Part shown: one piece after another, positions 9,169 through 17,595 of the stretch | Numbering within the stretch: the stretch's first letter is position 1 | How the letters are laid out: every line of letters begins with the position of its first letter | Assembly (NCBI GenBank): GCA_045592865.1 | Contig: JAZNVP010000022.1 | Span: 1 to 44,504 of the forward strand | DNA length: 44,504 nt | Direction: 5' to 3' | Source of the DNA: Oscillospiraceae bacterium | GTDB taxonomy: Bacteria; Bacillota; Clostridia; Oscillospirales; JAGBHD01 | Notes under the pieces: model-generated | What the model was told of the DNA's origin: nothing | Databases searched by the model: none | Seen by the model: only the letters and a program-made list of their open reading frames with translations | Translations under genes and position numbers: made by a program

Positions 9169-9197
9169 ATAATATCACAAGAATGTGTATTTTTCAA
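9169..9197 (-). promoter_or_regulatory. SigA-type promoter of pgk-tpiA-gpmI
   Basis: TTGAAA, 17 bp, extended -10 TGaTATTAT. Confidence 0.65.
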
Positions 9198-9271
9198 TAG
9201 TTTTTATAAATTTATGGTTATAGTTTTACTTTTTGGAAAAACTATTTTTAACTTATCAGGAGGTGTCTTTT

Positions 9272-9952
9272 TTGAAAAATAATCGCCAGAAGCTTATCGC
9301 TTCTCTGTTTCTTCTTATTATAACCACTTTTCTCGTCGGACTTTCAATGAACGCGGGAAAGACCGAAGACTCTATCGGCGTTATCTCGCGATACGGCTCA
9401 CGCGGCAGCGAGGTTCGCCTCATTCAGCAAAAGCTTAAAAACTGGGGCTACTACTCGGGCTCTGTCGACGGCATTTTCGGGCAAAAAACTCTCGAAGCGG
9501 TCAAATATTTTCAACGCAAAAACGGACTTAAAGCCGACGGAATAGTCGGAAAAGCAACACTTGCGGCGCTCGGCATTTCTTCCTCTTCGGGTTCCTTTTC
9601 GTCTAACGACGAATATCTCCTCGCCCGAATGATCTCGGCCGAAGCAAGAGGCGAGCCCTATCTCGGTCAGGTCGCAGTTGGTGCGGTAATTTTAAACCGA
9701 GTCGAGTCGCCCTCTTTTCCCAACACCATTTCGGGCGTTCTCTACCAAAAAGGTGCATTTACCGCCATCACCGACGGTCAGTGGAATGAGCCTATCTCGG
9801 ATTCGGCTTACAGAGCCGCCCGAGAAGCCTTGTCGGGAAACGACCCAACGGGCGGCGCGATTTACTATTTCAACCCCGCCAAGACCTCAAACAAGTTTAT
9901 GTGGTCCCGCCCCGTCATAACGGTCATCGGCTCCCACAAATTCTGCAGATAA
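9272..9952 (+). CDS. sleB: Spore cortex-lytic enzyme (PG-binding + Hydrolase_2)
   Basis: N-terminal hydrophobic segment; YYSGSVDGIFG...FQRKNGLKADGIVG PG-binding domain; AEARGEPYLGQVAVGAVILNRV; GGAGGTG RBS before TTG 9272. Confidence 0.9.
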   Translation: MKNNRQKLIASLFLLIITTFLVGLSMNAGKTEDSIGVISRYGSRGSEVRLIQQKLKNWGYYSGSVDGIFGQKTLEAVKYFQRKNGLKADGIVGKATLAALGISSSSGSFSSNDEYLLARMISAEARGEPYLGQVAVGAVILNRVESPSFPNTISGVLYQKGAFTAITDGQWNEPISDSAYRAAREALSGNDPTGGAIYYFNPAKTSNKFMWSRPVITVIGSHKFCR

Positions 9953-9983
9953 AAAAATCACGGCTTAAAGCCGTGATTTTTTT
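9951..9983. terminator. Terminator after sleB (bidirectional shape)
   Basis: AAAAAAATCACGGCTT/AAGCCGTGATTTTTTT. Confidence 0.85.
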
Positions 9984-10001
9984 AATTTGTCTCTCTTAAA
10001 A

Positions 10002-10136
10002 GGACAAGTTTCCCGGTCTTTCGGGAGTTCTGAACTTTGTTACAAACACAAAAATCGAATACAGAACCTCAGAAGCCCAGAGGGTCGCCACGCCGATATA
10101 GATTCCCTCGGGGCCGCTTCCTCTTGACTCTTGTCT
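10002..10136. ncRNA. Candidate multi-stem structured RNA or element, family unknown
   Basis: GACAAG/CTTGTC closing helix enclosing three internal stems; GC-rich core in an AT-rich spacer. Confidence 0.35.
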
Positions 10137-10152
10137 GATAGCCTTATATAAT
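10124..10152 (+). promoter_or_regulatory. SigA promoter of DeoR gene
   Basis: TTGACT, 17 bp, TATAAT. Confidence 0.75.
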
Positions 10153-10224
10153 TAAGGTAACATTCTCAAAATTAATCAATAAGGTTTATATTTCAGAGAA
10201 AATCTCAACATTTATCATTCAGAG

Positions 10225-10974
10225 GTGATTACTTTGAACGGAAAGCTTCGCAGAGACGCTATTCTTGACATACTCAAAAAACAAGGGTATTCGACCGTTT
10301 CTTATCTCTGTCAGACCCTTCACTACAGTTCGGCAACCATAAACCGAGACTTAAATCTTTTGCAGTCGCAAAAACTTATAAAACGCAGTTATGGCGGAGC
10401 CGAGCTTGTTGTTTCAAAGAGTATTCCCCTTGTTTTTCGCTATAATAAAGCAAAAAAAGAGAAGCGGCTTCTTGCCATTGCCGCCGCCAATCTCGTTGAG
10501 GACGGCGACACAATTTTTATCGACGGCTCGACCACCGCTCAGTATATGATGCAGTATCTGATAAACAAAAAAGACCTTACCGTTATAACCACTAATCTGG
10601 CAATATCAACCTTTTTATCGGAATATCCGATAAACGTTATCTCTCTGGGCGGAAAAATTGTTGAACCGCCATACGTTGTTGGCGGAGACGACACTGTTAT
10701 GATGGCTTCGAGATATCGGGCCGACAAGATGTTCTTTGCAACCGCAAGTGTTTTTGAGGACGGTCGGATAGGCTCGGGAAGATATCTTGTTCATAGCACA
10801 ATGCTCAAAAACTCCAAAAAATCATACTATCTCGTTGACAGCGGAAAACTGAACCGCGAAGTTAAAACCATCCTTTGTGATTTTTCATCCGTTTCCTGCG
10901 TTATCAGCGATTTCCCTTTTCCCGAAGAAACCAAGAAAAAATACCAAGACACCGAATTTATTTACGTCAAATAG
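10225..10974 (+). CDS. DeoR/GlpR family transcriptional regulator
   Basis: SSATINRDLNLL HTH, IKRSYGGA, IFIDGSTT, LTVITTN; true start may be TTG at 10234. Confidence 0.92.
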   Translation: MITLNGKLRRDAILDILKKQGYSTVSYLCQTLHYSSATINRDLNLLQSQKLIKRSYGGAELVVSKSIPLVFRYNKAKKEKRLLAIAAANLVEDGDTIFIDGSTTAQYMMQYLINKKDLTVITTNLAISTFLSEYPINVISLGGKIVEPPYVVGGDDTVMMASRYRADKMFFATASVFEDGRIGSGRYLVHSTMLKNSKKSYYLVDSGKLNREVKTILCDFSSVSCVISDFPFPEETKKKYQDTEFIYVK

Positions 10975-11012
10975 AAAAACACCGCAGATTTAAAAATCTG
11001 CGGTATTTTTTT
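10975..11012. terminator. Bidirectional terminator
   Basis: ACCGCAGATT/AATCTGCGGT stem with flanking A and T tracts. Confidence 0.8.
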
Positions 11013-11014
11013 AG

Positions 11015-14000
11015 TTACATTTCGCCGTTTGCTACTGCAACGAAAAGTTTTTGAACATCTATGATGTTGATCTTGCCGTTCCCGTCAAAGTCGCCAACAA
11101 GAAGTGACGTATTCTCGGTTTCGCCGTTATTAACAACGATAAATAACCTTTGAGCATCAATGATGTTAACCATTCCTCCGCCCGTAATATCACCGAGTTT
11201 CACATCATAATGCCATGTTGACCCAATAAGATATTCATTCCCGTCAGATATTAACGTCTTCTCTCGGTCTTTATCCGTCCCGTTATAATTAACATCGGCA
11301 AGCCCGGCGCAACAAGAAAACGCACCTTGCCCAATGCTTGTAATGCTCTTAGAGATAGTAATGCTCGTAAGTCCGGTGCAGTTACTAAATGCAAATTCGC
11401 CTATACTTGTAACGCTATCAGGAATCGTGATTCTTGTAATCTGTGCGCAGGTATCAAAAGCATAACTTCCTATACTCGTTACAGGACAACCCTCAATAGT
11501 TTGCGGTAAAAACAACTCACCTGGAGAATTTGCTCCGAAGCTAGTAATAGTTACCTCTCCGTCAACGATATTGTAGTTTAATAAAGAACTAAGGGCCCCG
11601 CAAACATTGCAATAAAGATCAAGATCATCTTCGAAAGCGTGCTCAGTAACACCAAGATCTGTCGTTACGGTGTGTTCGCAAACCGTGCACCTGTCGGTCT
11701 GATAGCCGTTTTGTATGCAGGTTCCTTCAAAATATTCATAGAAGTCGTAATTATGTTCACAGTAGATATTGTAAGACTCTGTATGCATTCCCGTATAATC
11801 ACCGATGCCGGTAATTATAATCGTCGCCGCGCCAACAGACGTATTGTCGAGATACTCCACAGTATAGTCGATATTTTCGGTCAGGGCCTCGCCTGTTTCG
11901 TTGTAGGCAATCGTTGTAACGGGTGTGTAAGCTTCTTTGACCCCGTCAAAAACCTGATCCGATATACCTGAAACCGCACAATCCCCTATGTTTCTCTTCT
12001 GAACAGTAACGCTAACCGTTTCCGAAACCTCTCCGTATGTAACCGTTATAGATTGTTCCCCTAAAACAGAAGTATCAAAATTTTCTATCAAGCAGTCTGC
12101 ACCGGTTACTAATAAAGTAGTTCCGTTATCATAGGTAACAAGCACGGAAATGTTATTGATCATATCGGGGACTTTTATGTAAAGAACAGGTGTTGTGCTG
12201 AGCTCAACTGCCACAACATATCTATCTTTAAGCCCATCGGTTGCATCCTGCAGTAAAGAAACCAGTCTCTCGCATTCTTCCACAGAAATATCATTTACTA
12301 ATGTAGCTTCCGCATTAGCTATTGCAACCGTAAGCGCCGCAAAACTTTCCGCCGAATATGCTTCGTAGGTATAGGCTTTCACTTCGGTTATTGCATCCAG
12401 AAGCGTGAAATAGTTTTCATTTCTGATAAACTCCGCCGTTAGCGTTACCGTTTCATCAGGCATAATAAACCTGCCGTTTTCAACAGGAACTCCGTTGCAC
12501 ATAAGAGAACCTTCAGTATAAACATAACCGTTATTTTCAGTCACAGTAACAGATACCTCTGATTCAATTTCTGCCACCGCAGGAGCATTGATGGTTCCGC
12601 CGGAAGTTTGAGTCAAAATAGGCTGCTGCCGCTTAGTAAAAATAGCCGTATATGTCTCATCGCCCCTGGCTATGAAGGTAAACTCAGCAGATGTTGAAAC
12701 CGTTACCCCCGAAGAATTAACCCATTTGGAAAAATCGAACTTAAAGGTCGGAGTCGCGGTAACAGTTACCTCCGAGCCACCAACAGTTTCAGCCTCGCTC
12801 AAAGAAACTGCGCCCTTTTCCTCATCCTCGCTCTTAAACTGCAGTGTGCACGGATTGCCCACCGTCGGAACAGGGTCAACATCATCCTTTAGCCCATCAC
12901 CGTCATAGTCGGTAAATGTTCCCCCTGCATTCAGAGTGAATTTGTTACCGTTGTGATTAAAAAGAACTGTCGGCGCTATCGCAGAATTAAAAACAACACC
13001 TTCTTCGGCCGTGTTTTCGATGATTATTGTTGGACAAGTATAATTAGTTATGGTTTGTGTTTCACATCCGTTAAGAATAGTTGTTCCTGATGTAACTTTA
13101 CAATAACTGCTGCCTTTTAAATTTATATCACCGCTAACAGTAACAACCGCTTCTCCGCTCATATAAAAATAACTATTATATTTGCCTAAAACATCTCCTA
13201 TAATATCAGCGACGCCATAATTACAAAACTTTGTCTCCCGTCTGCCTGTCGTATTTTGGTTATTCAACAATAAACTTCCGTCTATTTCTAATTTGCCAAA
13301 ATTCTTCAAAGTGGTCATATAGTTCAAGCTCAAGTTTTGCAATACTGTCAACTTAACATCTTCGGGTATTGTTAATTGCACACTCGTTTTGGTAATTTCT
13401 AAGCTTTCGCAAAGAAAATCTGAAGCAAGGGAACATGATGTATCAACGGCGACTTTATCAAATCTATTGTTTGCGTATATTTGAGATCCGCTGTTTAATC
13501 TAATATAATAACCATTCTGATTGACCGGATTGTCATTGGTATACAAATTGCCATGTATAGCAAGATCTGAATTTAATACAACTCCTTGTGGGTTTGTAAT
13601 GCTTACGTTATAAAACGGGACGTTCTCAATTGTTTGAGAACTGTTTCCACAGAAAACCATCTTGCCATTAGCCGCTGTGTAATTATAGGTGCTTGTAAAA
13701 GAAACATTTCCATATACATACATGTTTCCTTTGTTTATTGAAATATTACCTGTTGACACTCTATAATCGGTAACGCCGTCTACTATTAAATCACCCATTA
13801 TTTCTACTGTTGACGTATCACTATTTAAGATTAAATATCCCTGTGAAGGACTACCCCAATCAACAGATGGGGCTTTATTTAAATAAAGGTTATTGCACTT
13901 TATTTTGCCATCATTAACTATAATTTTAGAATCAGCACTGTTTCCATATCCTTCGGCGTAAATATCTTGCGCGTTTAAAATAGACCCTTCGCCGACATAA

Positions 14001-15703
14001 ATGTTTCGTTTATTCCCAACATAGAGTGTGCTGTTGATGGTCATATTACAGTCCGATAGATATAAGTGAGTTTGTTCATAATTGGCGCTATATAGTGTAA
14101 GTGTGTTAACGATTATGTTAATTGAATTAAAATAAATGTTATATGGTTTTCGACTATAAACAGGCTGTATATAAATTAAACTGTCAATATAAACAGGCAA
14201 ATCTTTGTGATATGTATAAATACGATTCCTGGTTGAAAGTTTTGATATGTAAACACTGTCTTTAATAAAAATATCCGACGATTCGGAATATATTTCTTGT
14301 TTTACTTGATTCCCTAATGCGTATATCGTGTCATTGATTATAGTGTCAGAAGCATATTGAATTGTTGTGTATGAAGTAATTTTCCACTCGCCAAAATCGG
14401 TTATTTTTCTGCTTTCTTTAGGAATTGCTCTTATGAATTCTTTTATATTATCTATATAGTTGGAATAGATGTCTTTTTGATAATATTTTGTTTTTAAATT
14501 ATTTAGCTCGTCTTCATTAGACGAAAGTGTAATTTTTTCAGAGGCTTTAATTGCAGCATTGGTCGCTGCTTGATAAGCCAAAAATAAAACTTCGTATGCA
14601 GAAACATCGTCTTTCGAAAACTGAGTTAAAAAGTCCTTTGATTTATCGTTAATTACATGGGAGAAATCATTTGAATATTGGGTTAAAACCGCCTGTGTAG
14701 TTAAATCATCAATATCAGGAATGTTAAATACCACATCGAAAACAACAAAGCATGCCACATCAACAATGGCACCGATTAGTTTAAATCCACCATCCGCAAA
14801 TATGGTTCCATCTATTAACTTCTTTTCAACATATTCTTCAACCAATTTCAGCAACTGATTATCAATATAATTGTAATAGAAATAGCTCTTAAACCCATCG
14901 CTTAATTGTTTTTTCAACCGACTCATTCCGTCATAAAGGGTGCTGTTTTTTTCTTGCGAAGCGAGCACTTCGTCTATAATACAGGTTCTGATATCTTCTA
15001 TCATTAATCCTAGCATAAGGGTTTTTGCTCCTTTAAGAGCATCTGCTCCTTTTGATAGAATATTTGTTATTTCCGAAATGTTAGGAAGAACAATTTCCTT
15101 CAATAGTTCAATATTTGTAATGCTAATGCAAGAAAAAGCACTGTTATCGGAAAAAAACGCAAACGTTTCCTCATAAATCTGAATATCTGTTTTTTCATAA
15201 ACATCATAGTTTTTTTCAAAAGTATCATAAACCTTCAAAAATTTGTTTAGATTTTTAACCCAGCTGCTGCTACTTCCATATTGATTAGCAAGGACACTTT
15301 CGCCCATAAGTTCTTTTGCGAACTCTTGATTAGCCTTGTCTAGCGCATTTTCATATGTAAAGGATGTTAACCCGGTTAAATCCGTAATCAATTTAGTATA
15401 TTCTTTTATATCAAAAACAAGCGGAAGAGAATGTTTAATATCTGAAAATATAAATTTAGGACTATTCATATAGTCAGAATATAAATTATTTAATACATCT
15501 TGAGTTTCCCAAGAGTAGTTGCGTAAATAAGTCGAATTCCGTAAATATTCCGAATAGCCGTAAAACAGATCGGAATAATAAATATATTCCTCTTCTTCGG
15601 CTACAGGCTCTTCATTTGGGGCGAGTTCTTCGGCAAACACCGTTATAGGAAGGCTTGTTGCAATCATTATAAGCGCTAAGAAGAAACTAAGTATTTTTTT
15701 CAT
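11015..15703 (-). CDS. Large secreted multidomain protein: unknown N-terminal region, InlB-B-like repeats, FIVAR, Ig-like domains, BspA-type LRR, C-terminal dockerin
   Basis: Signal peptide MKKILSFFLALIMIATSLPITVFA; DYDGDGLKDDVDP; VTVTATP..FSKW; YSAESFAALTVAI; VTYDNG..FDTSVLGEQSITVTY; IPDSVTSIGEFAFSNC repeats; GDITGGGMVNIIDA...GDFDGNGKINIIDV. Confidence 0.8.
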   Translation of the reverse strand: MKKILSFFLALIMIATSLPITVFAEELAPNEEPVAEEEEYIYYSDLFYGYSEYLRNSTYLRNYSWETQDVLNNLYSDYMNSPKFIFSDIKHSLPLVFDIKEYTKLITDLTGLTSFTYENALDKANQEFAKELMGESVLANQYGSSSSWVKNLNKFLKVYDTFEKNYDVYEKTDIQIYEETFAFFSDNSAFSCISITNIELLKEIVLPNISEITNILSKGADALKGAKTLMLGLMIEDIRTCIIDEVLASQEKNSTLYDGMSRLKKQLSDGFKSYFYYNYIDNQLLKLVEEYVEKKLIDGTIFADGGFKLIGAIVDVACFVVFDVVFNIPDIDDLTTQAVLTQYSNDFSHVINDKSKDFLTQFSKDDVSAYEVLFLAYQAATNAAIKASEKITLSSNEDELNNLKTKYYQKDIYSNYIDNIKEFIRAIPKESRKITDFGEWKITSYTTIQYASDTIINDTIYALGNQVKQEIYSESSDIFIKDSVYISKLSTRNRIYTYHKDLPVYIDSLIYIQPVYSRKPYNIYFNSINIIVNTLTLYSANYEQTHLYLSDCNMTINSTLYVGNKRNIYVGEGSILNAQDIYAEGYGNSADSKIIVNDGKIKCNNLYLNKAPSVDWGSPSQGYLILNSDTSTVEIMGDLIVDGVTDYRVSTGNISINKGNMYVYGNVSFTSTYNYTAANGKMVFCGNSSQTIENVPFYNVSITNPQGVVLNSDLAIHGNLYTNDNPVNQNGYYIRLNSGSQIYANNRFDKVAVDTSCSLASDFLCESLEITKTSVQLTIPEDVKLTVLQNLSLNYMTTLKNFGKLEIDGSLLLNNQNTTGRRETKFCNYGVADIIGDVLGKYNSYFYMSGEAVVTVSGDINLKGSSYCKVTSGTTILNGCETQTITNYTCPTIIIENTAEEGVVFNSAIAPTVLFNHNGNKFTLNAGGTFTDYDGDGLKDDVDPVPTVGNPCTLQFKSEDEEKGAVSLSEAETVGGSEVTVTATPTFKFDFSKWVNSSGVTVSTSAEFTFIARGDETYTAIFTKRQQPILTQTSGGTINAPAVAEIESEVSVTVTENNGYVYTEGSLMCNGVPVENGRFIMPDETVTLTAEFIRNENYFTLLDAITEVKAYTYEAYSAESFAALTVAIANAEATLVNDISVEECERLVSLLQDATDGLKDRYVVAVELSTTPVLYIKVPDMINNISVLVTYDNGTTLLVTGADCLIENFDTSVLGEQSITVTYGEVSETVSVTVQKRNIGDCAVSGISDQVFDGVKEAYTPVTTIAYNETGEALTENIDYTVEYLDNTSVGAATIIITGIGDYTGMHTESYNIYCEHNYDFYEYFEGTCIQNGYQTDRCTVCEHTVTTDLGVTEHAFEDDLDLYCNVCGALSSLLNYNIVDGEVTITSFGANSPGELFLPQTIEGCPVTSIGSYAFDTCAQITRITIPDSVTSIGEFAFSNCTGLTSITISKSITSIGQGAFSCCAGLADVNYNGTDKDREKTLISDGNEYLIGSTWHYDVKLGDITGGGMVNIIDAQRLFIVVNNGETENTSLLVGDFDGNGKINIIDVQKLFVAVANGEM

Positions 15704-15738
15704 TATTTTACACCTTCAGATTTTAGTAAGTTAAAGTA

Positions 15739-15767
15739 AGTATAGCATAAATATCCAAAGATTGCAA
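15739..15767 (-). promoter_or_regulatory. SigA promoter of dockerin-protein gene
   Basis: TTGCAA, 17 bp, extended -10 TGcTATACT. Confidence 0.7.
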
Positions 15768-15770
15768 CAA

Positions 15771-15802
15771 AAAACACCCGAGAGTGAAGTCTCGGGTGTT
15801 TT
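15771..15802 (-). terminator. Terminator after hydA
   Basis: AAAACACCCGAGA/TCTCGGGTGTTTT. Confidence 0.85.
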
Positions 15803-15814
15803 GTTGTTTTTTAA

Positions 15815-17581
15815 TTAGTCCTTGAAGGGTTCTCTTGCCTTGTAGGTTGTGTGGAGAAGCTCGTGAGCTTTGTGAGAACCGGGCTTTCCGAGGAACTCTT
15901 CGTAAAGAGCGTTGATCTGAGGATTGTTGTGCGACTGACGAACTGCCTGTCTCTCATCCTCACTGTAAAGAGCTGCTGCTCTCTTAGATCTGAAGGTGTT
16001 GAGGATATCGGGGTCGCCGTAATCTCTCATTGTGGGTTTAACGAAGGGCTGACCGCCGCCTGCAACGCAACCGCCGGGGCATCCCATGATCTCGATAAAC
16101 TGATACTTGCTCTTTCCTGCACGGATCTCGTCAAGAAGAACTCTTGCGCTCTTCATTCCGTGAGCAACTGCAACCCAAACCTTAGTTCCGTCAAGGTCGA
16201 TCTCAGCCTCTTTGATGCCATCGAGACCACGAACGCACTCAAATTTAACGAGCTCGTGCTCTTTTCCGGTAACAACCTTGTAAGCAGTTCTGAGAGCCGC
16301 TTCCATAACGCCGCCGGTAGCACCGAAGATAACGCCTGCGCCGGTGTAATCACCAACGAGATCATTGTCGAACTCTTCGTCGGGGAGCATATTGAAGTTG
16401 ATTCCTGCACGTCTTATAAGCTTTGCAAGCTCTCTTGTCGTTAAAACTGCATCAACGTCTTTAAGACCGTTTGTTACGAGCTGATCTCTTTCCTTCTCTG
16501 CTTTCTTACCTGTGCAAGGCATGATGGAAACAACATACATATCCTTAGGATCGATATTATTTTTCTCTGCATAGTAGGACTTGAGAATAGCGCCGAACAT
16601 CTCGTGAGGAGATTTGCAGCTTGACAAGTGACCTAAAAGATCTCCATAGTAGATCTCAGCGTAGCTAACCCAACCGGGTGAGCAAGAAGTGATGAGCGGA
16701 AGTGCTCCGCCGTTCTTCATTCTGTCTAAAAGCTCGGTAGCCTCTTCCATAATGGTGAGGTCTGCCGCATAGTTGGTGTCAAACACCTTGTTAAAGCCAA
16801 GACGACGGAGAGCCGCAACCATCTTTCCGGTTACTGCTGTTCCAACAGGAAGACCGAACTCTTCACCGAGAGCCGCTCTGACTGCAGGAGCCGCCTGAAC
16901 AACAACGTATTTGCCAGCCTTTATAGCCTCGTCAACTCTGTCAATTTCGCTCTTTTCAGAGAGAGCGCCGGTAGGACAAACGCTTACGCACTGACCGCAC
17001 ATAATACAAGGCGAGTTAGCGAAAGATCTGTTTCCTGCAGGAGCAACGAGGGTGTTAAATCCTCTGTTTTCAAATCCGAGAACGCTAAGGCCGTGAGCCT
17101 TTTCGCATCTTGCGATACAACGTCCGCAAAGGATACATTTAGAGGTATCTCTTACGATGGACGGAGAGATCTCATCAACTGTTACGGGCGATTTTTCGCC
17201 TAAGAACATTCCTTCTCTTGCACCTGTGATCTTAGCAACGTGTAAAAGTTCGCAGTTGCCGTTTTTATCACACTGCTGACAGTTCATATTGTGGTTGGAA
17301 AGAAGAAGTTCAACCGAAGCTCTTCTTGCAGCCGCTGCCTTGGGAGAAGAAATCTTTATTTCCATTCCCTCATTAACAGGGTAAACGCAGGATGCAACCA
17401 AACCTCTTGCGCCTGTTGCCTCAACGAGACAAACACGGCAAGAACCTCTGGAGCACTCTCCGTTGTTATATGAGCAGAGGGAAGGTATCTCGTAGCCGCA
17501 TTTTCTTGCAGCTTCTAAAATGGTGGTGCCTTCCTCAACCTGATAAGGACGACCCTCGATCTTTATATTAACTAAAGCCAT
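15815..17581 (-). CDS. hydA: [FeFe]-hydrogenase catalytic subunit, group A3 (HydA/HndD-like)
   Basis: H-cluster motifs TSCSPGW, MPCTGKKAE, EIMGCPGGCVAGGG; N-terminal 2Fe-2S, HxxxCxxC and two 4Fe-4S motifs. Confidence 0.95.
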   Translation of the reverse strand: MALVNIKIEGRPYQVEEGTTILEAARKCGYEIPSLCSYNNGECSRGSCRVCLVEATGARGLVASCVYPVNEGMEIKISSPKAAAARRASVELLLSNHNMNCQQCDKNGNCELLHVAKITGAREGMFLGEKSPVTVDEISPSIVRDTSKCILCGRCIARCEKAHGLSVLGFENRGFNTLVAPAGNRSFANSPCIMCGQCVSVCPTGALSEKSEIDRVDEAIKAGKYVVVQAAPAVRAALGEEFGLPVGTAVTGKMVAALRRLGFNKVFDTNYAADLTIMEEATELLDRMKNGGALPLITSCSPGWVSYAEIYYGDLLGHLSSCKSPHEMFGAILKSYYAEKNNIDPKDMYVVSIMPCTGKKAEKERDQLVTNGLKDVDAVLTTRELAKLIRRAGINFNMLPDEEFDNDLVGDYTGAGVIFGATGGVMEAALRTAYKVVTGKEHELVKFECVRGLDGIKEAEIDLDGTKVWVAVAHGMKSARVLLDEIRAGKSKYQFIEIMGCPGGCVAGGGQPFVKPTMRDYGDPDILNTFRSKRAAALYSEDERQAVRQSHNNPQINALYEEFLGKPGSHKAHELLHTTYKAREPFKD

Positions 17582-17595
17582 TTTTCTTTTCCCCC

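Noticed and set aside
9160-9182. Rex operator at the pgk promoter
   Set aside because: Only the TTGTGA half-site matches
10002-10075. Hammerhead ribozyme on minus strand (CUGAGG...GAAAC..GUC)
   Set aside because: Core is CUGAGGU, not CUGANGA, and stem III cannot form with a 2-nt loop
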